Below are positions 11,499-21,168 of a stretch of 64,000 nt of DNA, piece by piece. Below the pieces are notes generated by a model. The model was not told the DNA's origin. It did no database searches and saw nothing but the letters and a program-made list of their open reading frames with translations. The position numbers and the translations under genes are program-made. The stretch comes from Bdellovibrionales bacterium (GTDB lineage Bacteria > Bdellovibrionota > Bdellovibrionia > Bdellovibrionales > JAGQZY01): assembly GCA_964230645.1 (NCBI GenBank), contig CAXRHT010000002.1:800001-864000 (forward strand), in the 5' to 3' direction. How positions within the stretch are numbered: position 1 is the stretch's first letter; each line of letters begins with the position of its first letter.

Positions 11499-11616
11499 GA
11501 TCCGTATCCTCCTTATCCTATCCGGGTATCGTTATAACACAGATCTGACAATTTTTGGCTTTGGATTAAAAAAAAGGACAACTTTACTGAAAATCGTGTA
11601 ATTAAAACAGGTTCGT

Positions 11617-11979
11617 TCAGGCCTTGAACACCATATTTTGGGCGATTTTCCATCCCATATAACAGGCTAAAATACATAGAGAATTACTTGCAAGAAAGTA
11701 CAGGAGCGCTTTTGCGAGCATTCCCTCCTCAAAAAAAGTGATAATTTCCAACGAATAGGAAGAAAAAGTCGTGAGTGAACCTAAAAATGCAACGAGAATA
11801 ACGGACTTGGTCACTGGGGTGTACTCACTTAAATAAACAGCCAAAAAACCAATAAGAAGACTCCCTATAAAATTAACGCTAAAAGTACCCCAAGGTTGAA
11901 CGATCCACTGAGCGGCCGTTAAACGTATGAAAGCCCCAATGGCGGCACATAAGGTAAAAGCCAATATCGTTAAAAACAT
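11617..11979 (-). CDS. crcB: Fluoride efflux channel
   Basis: GAFIR, PWGTFSVNFIGS, FLGSLTTFSSY; start reassigned to ATG 11979. Confidence 0.9.
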   Translation of the reverse strand: MFLTILAFTLCAAIGAFIRLTAAQWIVQPWGTFSVNFIGSLLIGFLAVYLSEYTPVTKSVILVAFLGSLTTFSSYSLEIITFFEEGMLAKALLYFLASNSLCILACYMGWKIAQNMVFKA

Positions 11980-11980
11980 C

Positions 11981-12544
11981 TCACTGCCTACTGGTTTCGC
12001 TTTTAAGAGCTTCGGGGGCGACCTCTGATTGAATCTCTGCAATCAAGGCACGATTCAGTTCTAATTGCGTTTCGAGCTGGTTTATTTTTTTTAGTAGTTC
12101 AGGTTGAGAGCGTGGAGGCACTTCTTCAACGAGTTTTGATGTCTCTTGAATTTCATTGGTGATTTTTTTGTTGTTTTTCTCATAGTTGAAAACTTGCAAG
12201 CCTTTGTCGTAACCCTTGAGGAACAATTGTTCGCTGTTACTAGGGCAGATTTCGTTATAACCTCTTCCCTGCCGTCCAAAAACAAATCCCTGCTGGGGAG
12301 TACAGAAACTATCAAGTCCTGTGTTCCAGCCATTTAAGTACTGAGCCCTGTGCGCTGTTTTGAAATCCGAACATTGCTCGCTTTTGGACTGATAGTGGTC
12401 ATTTTTTTGCCCTTGAGCGGCGTCCGCCCGTCCAATTTCAAACCAGTCCATTTCGTCACACTGATAACTGATTTCGGTAATATCCATTGTCTGGCAGGAA
12501 ATTAGAAAAATCACTAAAGACAGAAGCTTTGTATTTGTTTTCAT
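11981..12544 (-). CDS. DUF2799-like lipoprotein
   Basis: LISC lipobox; C..DWFEIG..D..G, GL..FC, G..Y..IC pattern. Confidence 0.75.
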   Translation of the reverse strand: MKTNTKLLSLVIFLISCQTMDITEISYQCDEMDWFEIGRADAAQGQKNDHYQSKSEQCSDFKTAHRAQYLNGWNTGLDSFCTPQQGFVFGRQGRGYNEICPSNSEQLFLKGYDKGLQVFNYEKNNKKITNEIQETSKLVEEVPPRSQPELLKKINQLETQLELNRALIAEIQSEVAPEALKSETSRQ

Positions 12545-12592
12545 TTCGTTTTTTCGACCTCTTGCGTCTTATACTTTGAGTTCCGCACCAAC

Positions 12593-14173
12593 TCAAGCTT
12601 TCCTCAAAAAAAAGGCTTTCAAGCCGGCTTCCTTACTCTGCCACTCATAGTCCCACTGAGAGGGGGATACTTGTAAATTTTCAATGGGAAAGTTTTTCTT
12701 TTCTAACTGCTGAGTCCACTGATCCAGACTCCACTTTTCAAAGTTTGTAGAAAATAAAAGAGTGCCTTGAGCTTCTAGTCGGTCAAGGCAGAGATCAATG
12801 AGGTCACCAAAATCTCGGTCAATTTTAAAAGTCTTTTTACTTTTTTTGTGGCGTGAAAAGGAAGGAGGGTCACACACAATGATGTCGTATTTGAAGCCTT
12901 TCTTCTGGCTCCAAGTCAAATAATCAACGCTGTCCATAGCCATCCATCGAAATTTCTCTTCGCTAGGATTAAAACCATTGAGTTCAAAATTCTCGCGCCC
13001 CCAATTGAGGTACTTCTTGGAGAGGTCAACACTGATAACCTCTTTGGCCCCCCCACGGGCAGCCGCCAAACTGAACCCACAGGTGAAGGCAAATAAATTT
13101 AAGACTCGTAGACTTTTACAATTGTTTTTCACCCACTCCCTTCGATTTCTTTGATCGAGAAATAATCCAAAGTTCTGACCTCGATCTAGATGGGCTTTGA
13201 ACTTTAAATCATTCTCTTTAAAAAACCAGGATTCTTGTTTTTGCTCGGTTTGGCTTTCACTCAGTAATAAAGCCGTATTTTTTTTATCTTCCACTCCAGG
13301 ACGCCATTCAAAAAGCCAATTTTTAAAATTGAGCGTGCCTGCAAGCCGTCTGATTTTTTCTTCTTCACTTTGAGAGGGCGGTGTTTTTTGCCACCACCCT
13401 AAAACAATCTGCTCCCCCACTTGATCCCCGCGAAGGTCTCCTGTTTCCTGGTGGAAAAGGCGAAGGGCTTGATCTGTGTTTATTTTTTCATTGAAAAGAG
13501 TTTCTCGTCTTTCGTAGGAAGTAATCCACTGCGACCATTGCCGATCTTGCAGCCAGCTTAAATTGTCAAAGAGTCTTGAGGGCTGAGCTTTTTGTTTGAG
13601 TCTGTCTCCCTTCCATAGGAACTCAATACTAAGAGAATGGAGGAGAAGGCGAGGAAACTTTTTACCGCCGTAGATTTCATCGCCCAGAAGAGGGATTTCC
13701 GACTTAACGGCATGTTTTCGGATCTGATGTGTCTTCCCTGTGAAGGGTTTTGCCTTGTATAAGTAAAGTGAGTTTTCCGAGGCAATGCGAGTGAACTCGG
13801 TGACTGACTCAAAACCCCTATTTGACCCCTCTTTCCAAGGCCCCTCCAATATGTGAGGGGCTTGGTTTTTTTCCTCAACAACATGCCAGTGTTTAAATTC
13901 AGATTTTTTGTCAGTGACAAAGAGATACTCTTTTTTGACTTGATGGCCTGCAAACAAATCAGTGAGGTCTGAGGCAGCTTGCTTGTTTTTTGCAAAAACC
14001 AAAATACCTGAGGTTTCCTTATCAAGTCTGTGACAAACGTGAAGGGGTTGCTGAAGTGTTTCTTCCCACCACTCCACAAAACCCTGCCTATCATAGCTTG
14101 GTCTATGAGTCGGTATTCCTGGTGGTTTATGAACGAATAAGAGATCTTCGTTTTGGCTTAGGACTGTTGGCAT
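12593..14173 (-). CDS. RluA-family pseudouridine synthase fused to RlmI/RlmK-type SAM methyltransferase
   Basis: N-terminal HKPPG, HRLDKETSG, TGKTHQIR; C-terminal GLFLDQR, VLNLFAFTCGFS, DPPSF. Confidence 0.85.
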   Translation of the reverse strand: MPTVLSQNEDLLFVHKPPGIPTHRPSYDRQGFVEWWEETLQQPLHVCHRLDKETSGILVFAKNKQAASDLTDLFAGHQVKKEYLFVTDKKSEFKHWHVVEEKNQAPHILEGPWKEGSNRGFESVTEFTRIASENSLYLYKAKPFTGKTHQIRKHAVKSEIPLLGDEIYGGKKFPRLLLHSLSIEFLWKGDRLKQKAQPSRLFDNLSWLQDRQWSQWITSYERRETLFNEKINTDQALRLFHQETGDLRGDQVGEQIVLGWWQKTPPSQSEEEKIRRLAGTLNFKNWLFEWRPGVEDKKNTALLLSESQTEQKQESWFFKENDLKFKAHLDRGQNFGLFLDQRNRREWVKNNCKSLRVLNLFAFTCGFSLAAARGGAKEVISVDLSKKYLNWGRENFELNGFNPSEEKFRWMAMDSVDYLTWSQKKGFKYDIIVCDPPSFSRHKKSKKTFKIDRDFGDLIDLCLDRLEAQGTLLFSTNFEKWSLDQWTQQLEKKNFPIENLQVSPSQWDYEWQSKEAGLKAFFLRKA

Positions 14174-14679
14174 TCCCCACAGGTCCCGTATAGCTCGAGA
14201 ACGTGGTGCGTGAGCTCAAATCCATGGCGTGTGGCCACGTATTCCTGTAAATCTTCGATCTTCTGATTTTCAAACTCAACGATTTTGCCACACTTTGTAC
14301 AAGTCAAATGGTCATGGTGATCTTTGGCAGCCCACTCGTAGCGAGCAGGCATTCCACCCATTCGTACTTCAGTAACAAATGTTTGCTCTGAAAGCTTTTT
14401 GAGAAAACGGTAAACTGTGGCGAAACCAATATCCGGATTCGACTCACTAACGATTTCAAAGACTTCTTGAGCGGTGAAGTGAGACGGTCCTCCTCGAACA
14501 ACCTCAAGGATCTGCACTCTCTGCTGGGTCACTTTAAGTCCCAGCTCTCGAATGATTTTTTTGTGAGGTACCCCTTTGTACTTGTCTTTTTTGGGCAATT
14601 GGGGTTGATTCTCGCTAACGGGTAAGAATGAGTGCTTTTCCATTTCCATGTCAGTGGAGATAGAATCTTCGGCACCCAT
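14158..14679 (-). CDS. fur: Fur-family transcriptional regulator (start uncertain)
   Basis: TQQR, ATVYR, HHDHLTCTKCG, LYGTCGEC. Confidence 0.9.
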   Translation of the reverse strand: MGAEDSISTDMEMEKHSFLPVSENQPQLPKKDKYKGVPHKKIIRELGLKVTQQRVQILEVVRGGPSHFTAQEVFEIVSESNPDIGFATVYRFLKKLSEQTFVTEVRMGGMPARYEWAAKDHHDHLTCTKCGKIVEFENQKIEDLQEYVATRHGFELTHHVLELYGTCGECQQS

Positions 14680-14693
14680 TGTCAACAATAATT

Positions 14694-14712
14694 AATAATG
14701 AGTTTCATTTTC
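14694..14712. promoter_or_regulatory. Fur-box-like operator between fur and the NYN gene
   Basis: AATAATGAGTTTCATTTTC matches 14/19 of GATAATGATAATCATTATC. Confidence 0.55.
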
Positions 14713-14785
14713 TATCATTTATTCTCATCGAATTGAATGCTGTTTGAGATTAACAATTGAGTTCTGAGCACCAATTGATAACAAT

Positions 14786-15334
14786 ATGGTTGTCGAAGGC
14801 ATCATCAGGGAGAACACCGTGGCAAAAAAGAAATCCAAACGCTCAGGCTCATCCAGACAACATAAAACCCATGAATCCGATCAGCAGAAACACCTTTTAT
14901 TTCAGACTGTGGGTATTTTTATTGATGCGGAAAACATCGAACTCTCAGGCCTCAAACACCACGAGGGACGCACGGATTACCGCAAAATTCTTGAAAAAGT
15001 AGGAGATCGCGAGATCACTCGAATTCTCTACTACAAGCCGGAATACAAAGAAATTTCAACTGACTTTCAAAAATTCTGGTGGAGTCTTGGAGGAGAGATC
15101 AAACGGCCCCAAAAAAATGCGGATAGCTTTATGGTGATCGATGCGGTCACCATGGCCGATAAGCTTGATGTGGTCATTATACTAGGTGGTGACAAAGATT
15201 TCCTCCCTCTCATCTGGTATTTGAAGTCCAGAGGCTGCCGAGTGGAAATTTGGTCATGGCCTGAGGCCACCTCCCCTGAGCTCAAAGAAGCCGCCGACTT
15301 CTACTATCCTCTCAATAAAGACTTCATGGTTTAA
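14786..15334 (+). CDS. NYN/LabA (PIN-like) domain protein
   Basis: IFIDAEN, D..MVID, GGDKDF.PL, L...AD.Y. Confidence 0.85.
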   Translation: MVVEGIIRENTVAKKKSKRSGSSRQHKTHESDQQKHLLFQTVGIFIDAENIELSGLKHHEGRTDYRKILEKVGDREITRILYYKPEYKEISTDFQKFWWSLGGEIKRPQKNADSFMVIDAVTMADKLDVVIILGGDKDFLPLIWYLKSRGCRVEIWSWPEATSPELKEAADFYYPLNKDFMV

Positions 15335-15424
15335 TCTGGTCAATCACTGAGCATCGTCCGCTCAGTTTCGTTACTGGTGGACAAAAAGCCTAGTGAACTA
15401 TATATTTCTTTTTCTTTCTTCTGC

Positions 15425-15501
15425 GCAGTCGTGGCTCAATTGGATAGAGCATCTGACTTCGGATCAGAGGGTTGGGGGTTCGAGTCCTCCCGACTGCGCC
15501 A
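15425..15501 (+). tRNA. tRNA-Arg(UCG)
   Basis: Cloverleaf: GCAGTCG/CGACTGC acceptor stem, TCTGA-CTTCGGA-TCAGA anticodon arm, TTCGAGT T-loop, encoded CCA. Confidence 0.96.
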
Positions 15502-15609
15502 AACTTCCTCAGTATCACACCTTTATTCCATGCTTTTGGTTATTTCTTCACGAAAGCTTTACAATCAAGTTTGGCTATCGGGCTTAGCCTTGATTATAGT
15601 CAAAGTGCT

Positions 15610-16680
15610 ATGGCTAATGCGGAATCGAGCGACTTTTTTTCCATCACATTAATGATCCAAGTGAAATCGGGACGGACCCTAAGGTGCGGTTTGACTGGGA
15701 AAAGGCCGGGCCCCTTGAGGGTTCATCTTGAAGGCTTGGGATGTACCATCGAAAATGCCGTCGATAATAAATTCGTTCGCTATTATTCAAAAAATGAAGG
15801 TCCCGTTTTGTGTGTCGAGCTTTCCAACTCCTCGGCATTGAGTCCAGAGAATGGAGACAAGCTTTTAACTTTAGAAGACCACATGAAAGATCTCCTCGAC
15901 TGTGTAAAACAAATTCGAGATATTTTTGAACTAAAGAAACCGCGCAGTTGGAGTGGTCACTCTCTGGGAGCGACGGTTCTTCTCCATGCTGCCACTCGCA
16001 ATAAGCTTCCACGCAATTCTCACATAGAGCTTATTAGTCCCTACTCCCGCTGTTTGAGTTACTATGTCATGGATCAGAAGACTTTAAAGCTTTTTGATTT
16101 TTTACGATCCTTTCAAGATCGCGCTATGGTAAGAAAAGTTTTTTCTCATTTGGCTTACAAATTACTGAGCCTGCGCCCTGATCCTCAGTTGCATCACGTT
16201 CTTAAGAACCCCTTACATATGCAGGCTTCCTTAGAGCTCATCCTTCCACTTCTAGGAGTAGACCTTGGTGCAAAAATCAATCGGAAGATGAAAAAATACC
16301 GATTTCACCTAGTGACAGCCGAGGCCGACGACATCATTCCCCCTATTGTTCACCTACATATTTATGAGAAAGTCATTTCAGCCGGAGCCGAAATTAGAAT
16401 GACCGTTTTCGAAAATTACGGTCACTTTCTTCCCTATGAAATCAGTCCTGAAGAAATCGAATCACTCTTCAATGAACAAGACGAGTCCCAACAAAATATT
16501 CATTCAAAATACGTTAAAGTTCTCACCCATGACTCTGATTCGGAAAGACTGGAAAGGCTTAAGACAAAATTAAAAGAAAAAAGTGACAAACATCTACAGA
16601 AAAGATTTTTTATACTTTTGAATACGCAAAACTATATCAGACAACTTAGGAGCTACCTATGGAACTCAAAGAACTCATAG
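15610..16680 (+). CDS. Alpha/beta hydrolase (start uncertain; ORF-track start overlaps the tRNA)
   Basis: GHSLG nucleophile elbow, DDIIP, YGHFLP. Confidence 0.7.
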   Translation: MANAESSDFFSITLMIQVKSGRTLRCGLTGKRPGPLRVHLEGLGCTIENAVDNKFVRYYSKNEGPVLCVELSNSSALSPENGDKLLTLEDHMKDLLDCVKQIRDIFELKKPRSWSGHSLGATVLLHAATRNKLPRNSHIELISPYSRCLSYYVMDQKTLKLFDFLRSFQDRAMVRKVFSHLAYKLLSLRPDPQLHHVLKNPLHMQASLELILPLLGVDLGAKINRKMKKYRFHLVTAEADDIIPPIVHLHIYEKVISAGAEIRMTVFENYGHFLPYEISPEEIESLFNEQDESQQNIHSKYVKVLTHDSDSERLERLKTKLKEKSDKHLQKRFFILLNTQNYIRQLRSYLWNSKNS

Positions 16681-17069
16681 TCGACGAATTTACAACTCCC
16701 AACCCTTTAAAAGTAGAGGTCGGAACCAGCTTAAACCAAGCTTGGGAAACAATGTTTAGCAATAAAATTCGGCACATCCTTGTCCACAAAGAAAATGACA
16801 TCGTGGGAATTGTTAGCTCAAGAGATTTGACCACCTTCTCGCAAGCTTCAAATTTTGAAGAATTAAAAGTTGAAGATATTATGTCAAAAGACATTTACAC
16901 CGTTTCTCCTGAGACGAAACTCTATGAAGTCGCTCTCAAGATGTCGAAAGAAAAAATTGGCAGCGCTGTTATTTATGATCCTACAGAAAAAAGCCTGGGG
17001 ATCTTTACGGCAACCGATGCCCTTAATGCTCTAGTGGAAGTTCTTAGAGGAGACATCGAAAAAGAGTAA
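16659..17069 (+). CDS. CBS-domain pair protein
   Basis: IRHILV..VGIVS.RD and KIGSAV..GIFT.TD; AGGAG RBS. Confidence 0.88.
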   Translation: MELKELIVDEFTTPNPLKVEVGTSLNQAWETMFSNKIRHILVHKENDIVGIVSSRDLTTFSQASNFEELKVEDIMSKDIYTVSPETKLYEVALKMSKEKIGSAVIYDPTEKSLGIFTATDALNALVEVLRGDIEKE

Positions 17070-17095
17070 AAGACTACCAAACGCATGGTTCAAAA

Positions 17096-17129
17096 AAAAA
17101 GCCTTGCCCCCAAAGGAGCAAGGCTTTTT
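17096..17129. terminator. Bidirectional intrinsic terminator
   Basis: AAAAAGCCTTGC/GCAAGGCTTTTT. Confidence 0.8.
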
Positions 17130-17152
17130 GGTGTGCGGGTGTGTGTTGGAGT

Positions 17153-17440
17153 TTAGTGACTTTTTATTTTGCTTCTTCTTTTTCGCAGTTGTTTAACTAA
17201 ATGATCCTTACAAAGCTCTAGGGCCTTGTGGAAATTATGGGATTCATGATCGGAAATAATATCATCTCCCATATAATGAGTTTGCATATGAACATGAAAA
17301 ACGTCTGGTGCTGACTTCGATAAAGTGACACGGACCTTGTCATCGCCATTCATGTGTTTCGATAGAGGTTCTTTAAGGCTTTCAATTTCTGTTTTGATGG
17401 AATCGGTCAGGTCAAAATCTCGACTGGCAATTTCAAACAT
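17153..17440 (-). CDS. hpf: Ribosome hibernation factor (HPF/RaiA family)
   Basis: 95 aa; DLTDSIK, terminal L.KQLRKRR.K pattern; GAGG RBS. Confidence 0.7.
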   Translation of the reverse strand: MFEIASRDFDLTDSIKTEIESLKEPLSKHMNGDDKVRVTLSKSAPDVFHVHMQTHYMGDDIISDHESHNFHKALELCKDHLVKQLRKRRSKIKSH

Positions 17441-17603
17441 AGTTCCTCCTTTATAGGAACTCTAGTTTATCATTGATAATGGGCGAGAGTTTTCTTTAAT
17501 TTCTTATTAAATGTGACTAAATTTGCAAATTTTTTAAGACTTTAGGAGGAAGTCGAATACCAGCGAATAGGCCTACGGATTTAAAAAAGGGGTATGATTC
17601 AAG

Positions 17604-17632
17604 AAAAGCCTTGTGCCTTTCAAAGGCACAAG
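17604..17632 (-). terminator. Intrinsic terminator after slyD
   Basis: CTTGTGCC/GGCACAAG stem with an adjacent A-run. Confidence 0.55.
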
Positions 17633-17654
17633 AACTATTCATTCTTATAGGTGA

Positions 17655-18137
17655 TTAATGCTCCACACCATCTGCACCATGGACGTGTCCATGAGCCATT
17701 TCTTCGTCAGTGGCTTTTCTTACCTCAACGACTTCAACATCAAAGTTAAGAGTCTCACCGGCCAGTGGATGGTTGGCATCAAGAACGACAGTGTCTTCTT
17801 TGATTTCTTTGACAGTGAGAATTTGAACCCCTTGCTCTGTTTGGGCCTGTAACTGTACACCTTCTTTAAGGTCTGGAATTTGAGCCAGCTGTGTGCGGGC
17901 CACAGAGGTTACTTTATCCTCAGAGCGCTCGCCGTATCCTTCATTAGGCTCGATAACAACGGCAGTTGTATCGCCGACCTTTAAACCGGCTAGCTCTTTC
18001 TCAAGTCCTGGGATGATATTGCCCTTACCGTGTAAGTAAGCCAGTGGCTTCTTACCAGCCGAAGAATCAAGAACTTGGCCCTGATTATCTTTTAAAGTGT
18101 AATCAATCTTCACAACGCAATCGTCAGTAATAGTCAT
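17655..18137 (-). CDS. slyD: FKBP-type peptidyl-prolyl isomerase
   Basis: YLHG.GNIIPGLE, DANHPLAG, His-containing tail. Confidence 0.93.
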   Translation of the reverse strand: MTITDDCVVKIDYTLKDNQGQVLDSSAGKKPLAYLHGKGNIIPGLEKELAGLKVGDTTAVVIEPNEGYGERSEDKVTSVARTQLAQIPDLKEGVQLQAQTEQGVQILTVKEIKEDTVVLDANHPLAGETLNFDVEVVEVRKATDEEMAHGHVHGADGVEH

Positions 18138-18270
18138 ATATATCCTCTTTTAATTATAGGTTTTGGGAATTTAACGTACCACTCCGTACTAGGACGCTCA
18201 GAGCTGAGTGTCAAAGGCTGATTCCTTTTCAATCGCTTAGAGGGCATTTAAAGCTCTCTCGGCTCAAGTT

Positions 18271-19125
18271 TCATAGGTCCTTCATTTTTGGAGTCACCAA
18301 AAAAAGCCTTGCCTCTCTCAGAAGTTTTTCCCATGACTGAGGAGAGATTGTCTTTTGATCAATGACTAGGTGATCAAAACTTTTTAGTTCCGCTTGATCG
18401 TTATCTAGTGACGTTAAAGACCAGTTCACCTCTAAATTTTTCTCGACGATAAATTCGGCAGTGCCTGACCAAGAAACAAGCTCGTCGTCTGGATTTAAGA
18501 AAACCCGAGTAGGACGTTCTAAAAGCTTTGTTTTCAAGGCTGGAACTCTGTCTTGGAGAGCAAAAAGAGCTCGATAAAGCGCCTCACTCGTCCCATCTTT
18601 ACTGGCTCTGTAGTTTACTGGACCTCGGCTGGGAATGATGTCGAAAAATGGAAACAGCCAAGTCACCAGATGGGTGTAGGACTTGAGAGAAAGAGCCGGT
18701 GCGATCAAAAGCATTTTGTCAAAAGCCACGATCCCCTCTCCTTGCGCCACCACTGTTAATAGGCCTCCTAATGAAAAACCAAGGGAGTAGAGCGGTCCTG
18801 AGCAGCGAGTGCGAACCAATTTTGTTGCACTGGCAAGACTCTCAGTGAGGTCTGAGACTTTTATCTTTAACCTTTGCTCCTCACTCTCTCCCTTATGTCC
18901 AGGGAGTGCCAAGCGATAAACAGCTAAGTTCTTTTGTGAAACGGCAAGCCCCATCTCATCCATAGCGCTGGGCTTAAGATTTAGGCCATGAACCAAAATC
19001 AAGGCCTCTCGACACGAACCTTGCGGCTCGACCAACCACTGACTTCGGCGCTCCTCATCATTGGCAGCTGTTATCAAGGGAGTGAGAATAAAGAGCGAAA
19101 AAATAGCTGACCTTAAATTTCTCAT
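18271..19125 (-). CDS. Secreted alpha/beta hydrolase (esterase/lipase)
   Basis: LVHGL, LPGH, GFSLGG, DELV, DHL. Confidence 0.8.
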   Translation of the reverse strand: MRNLRSAIFSLFILTPLITAANDEERRSQWLVEPQGSCREALILVHGLNLKPSAMDEMGLAVSQKNLAVYRLALPGHKGESEEQRLKIKVSDLTESLASATKLVRTRCSGPLYSLGFSLGGLLTVVAQGEGIVAFDKMLLIAPALSLKSYTHLVTWLFPFFDIIPSRGPVNYRASKDGTSEALYRALFALQDRVPALKTKLLERPTRVFLNPDDELVSWSGTAEFIVEKNLEVNWSLTSLDNDQAELKSFDHLVIDQKTISPQSWEKLLREARLFLVTPKMKDL

Positions 19126-19225
19126 TGAAAAAACATAGGATCGCTTAGTGACAAGCACTGCAAAAGCCAGGACATCCCGAGCTTTCTCTTTAACCCCGTC
19201 ACAGGCCGATATCTCCAGAGGAATA

Positions 19226-19618
19226 TTAAACCAAAAACTCTTTTAAATTTTTTAGGTAAAAATCAAGTTCCTCTTTATCCAACTTTTTGCCGGCCGCTGT
19301 TGAACGCGTGCGTTTGGGCGCTGGAGGAGGCATATCGTTGAGAGTGGGTCGATAATAGGGCTCTAGCACTCTGTGGTTGTTCTCCTCTTCTTGGAGTAGA
19401 TAAAATCCGAGCAGATCCTTACTTGAATCCACCATCACCAGCTTTTTATCGTCGATAACAATGGGAGAGTCTTCCGCTAAGGCCAAGCCTTTTTCCGAGG
19501 CATCCCACAGAATTCGATCTTCTTCGAAGATATGATTACCGTCACCGGCCTTGTCTATGTAGAGGATTACAAGGCCCTTATCGTTATTTTCTTTTATTTC
19601 TCTGTATTTAATGTTCAT
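19226..19618 (-). CDS. Hypothetical protein
   Basis: 130-aa ORF. Confidence 0.6.
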   Translation of the reverse strand: MNIKYREIKENNDKGLVILYIDKAGDGNHIFEEDRILWDASEKGLALAEDSPIVIDDKKLVMVDSSKDLLGFYLLQEEENNHRVLEPYYRPTLNDMPPPAPKRTRSTAAGKKLDKEELDFYLKNLKEFLV

Positions 19619-19731
19619 AACTCTAGCATAGTGAATGATTCGCGCCGAGTCCAGTGGTGATTGCGAACCTAAAGAATGATGTCATCACAAGCAAATCAAC
19701 TCGCAGGGATAGGCTCAAAAAAAGCCCAGAA

Positions 19732-21168
19732 TTAAAGCTGGGCCTGTTTTTTATAAAAATAAAGGGAGCTGGCTGATGGTTTCTCCGGCAGCCAATCTCG
19801 ACTCACTTCACCCACCTCATTTTTTATGCTGAAATCGGCTTCATAAAGTTTAAGCAATTGATTGACAGCATGACACTCAGAAAATGCTGCATAGAACAAT
19901 GGTGTATTGCCCTCATCATCCTTTTCATCGGGATTGGCTCCCCACTTCAAAAGAGATTCGGCCACTTCGGGTTCACAAAATTTTGCTGCCAAATGCAAAG
20001 GGGCAATCCCCGACTTATAAACTTTCTCACCAATGTCGTATTCTTGGCCGATCAAAGTCTCTAGACTCTTAGTACAACCAGCAACCACAGCTAATCCTAA
20101 AAGATTGAGACCATGATACTTATGTCCTCCACTGTAAAAACTGTCATGCTCTTTAAAGCCTGACTTCCTGAGAGTCTCAAAAGATTCGCAGTCTTTTTCA
20201 ATCAGTGCGACCATCAATGGGCTTATGCCAAACCGGTTTTTCTTATCGTAGTACTCGGGCAGTTCTCCCATCTTTTTGATCTGTTCTTCATCGCCGTTTT
20301 GAAGGGCAAGATTTAAATCATTGCCTTCAAAGATATTGAGCTTACTGCGCTGAATGCTTTGATACCCACCGTAATTAATAACACTTAATAATACCAAAAA
20401 GCTCAGTAAATACTTAGTCGGCATATGCTGCCAGTAGGCCAGCTTTTCGTTTCTCCAGAAAAGCACCACAAGTGTCGAAAGGCCTAAGGCCCCAGCAATC
20501 AGTAGTAAGGATACGGCCAATGTAAAATAGAAATCCTCTACATACCTCACTCCCTGAAGATAAATAAAGAAATCAGAAAGATAGGCCACATCAAATTTTG
20601 TCGCGTAGCTCTTCAGGGCCCGCCCCAAAATCAGAGGAGAAAGAAATAATAGTATAAGAATGGAGGAAATTGCAAAACCCTTAATCACCCCAACCGATCT
20701 TTTGGTCTGACTGCCTATAGTCAGAGCCTGCATAAAAAAGGAAGCCGTAACAAAAATGGCACAGGCACCTAAGGTTAAAACTATGTTGAGGCCGTGAGTC
20801 CAATAGAGTTTTTTAAACAGAATGACGAGTAATCCAACCTGAATGTAAGCCGGAGTGAGGAGAAATAAGTTTGTGATTAGAGCTAAAACTAGAATTTGGG
20901 AACGACTTAAAGGAAGACCTTCGAAGTACTTCAAAGAATAAAGATTCATCCCCCTGCCTCTAATAGTACCATTGGCCGGTAAAAGGAAAGAAAGAAAACA
21001 AAGTATCAGCAATATGAAAGAGTATACGACGGACGATATTACCAATATATTGTAATCTAAGATCGAACTACTCATAATAAAAAAGAAGTTCGTAAAAACG
21101 GTTAGTAGCCCAACATACTTAAAATTTCTTTTCAGGGAAGCTTTTAGTAAATTAAAAAATGGATTCAT
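19732..21168 (-). CDS. Multi-pass membrane protein (ABC permease-like) with C-terminal ankyrin repeats
   Basis: About 8 hydrophobic segments, then GISPL, GIAPLHLAA, GNTPLFYAA. Confidence 0.75.
   Translation of the reverse strand: MNPFFNLLKASLKRNFKYVGLLTVFTNFFFIMSSSILDYNILVISSVVYSFILLILCFLSFLLPANGTIRGRGMNLYSLKYFEGLPLSRSQILVLALITNLFLLTPAYIQVGLLVILFKKLYWTHGLNIVLTLGACAIFVTASFFMQALTIGSQTKRSVGVIKGFAISSILILLFLSPLILGRALKSYATKFDVAYLSDFFIYLQGVRYVEDFYFTLAVSLLLIAGALGLSTLVVLFWRNEKLAYWQHMPTKYLLSFLVLLSVINYGGYQSIQRSKLNIFEGNDLNLALQNGDEEQIKKMGELPEYYDKKNRFGISPLMVALIEKDCESFETLRKSGFKEHDSFYSGGHKYHGLNLLGLAVVAGCTKSLETLIGQEYDIGEKVYKSGIAPLHLAAKFCEPEVAESLLKWGANPDEKDDEGNTPLFYAAFSECHAVNQLLKLYEADFSIKNEVGEVSRDWLPEKPSASSLYFYKKQAQL

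Noticed and set aside
13558..14094. Alternative-frame and antisense ORFs inside long genes (also 22013-22615 and 51772-52230)
   Set aside because: Shadow ORFs of well-supported genes with no recognisable motifs.
15472..16680. Genomic island integrated at tRNA-Arg
   Set aside because: No integrase and no duplicated tRNA 3' end noticed; the ORF start inside the tRNA is an artefact.
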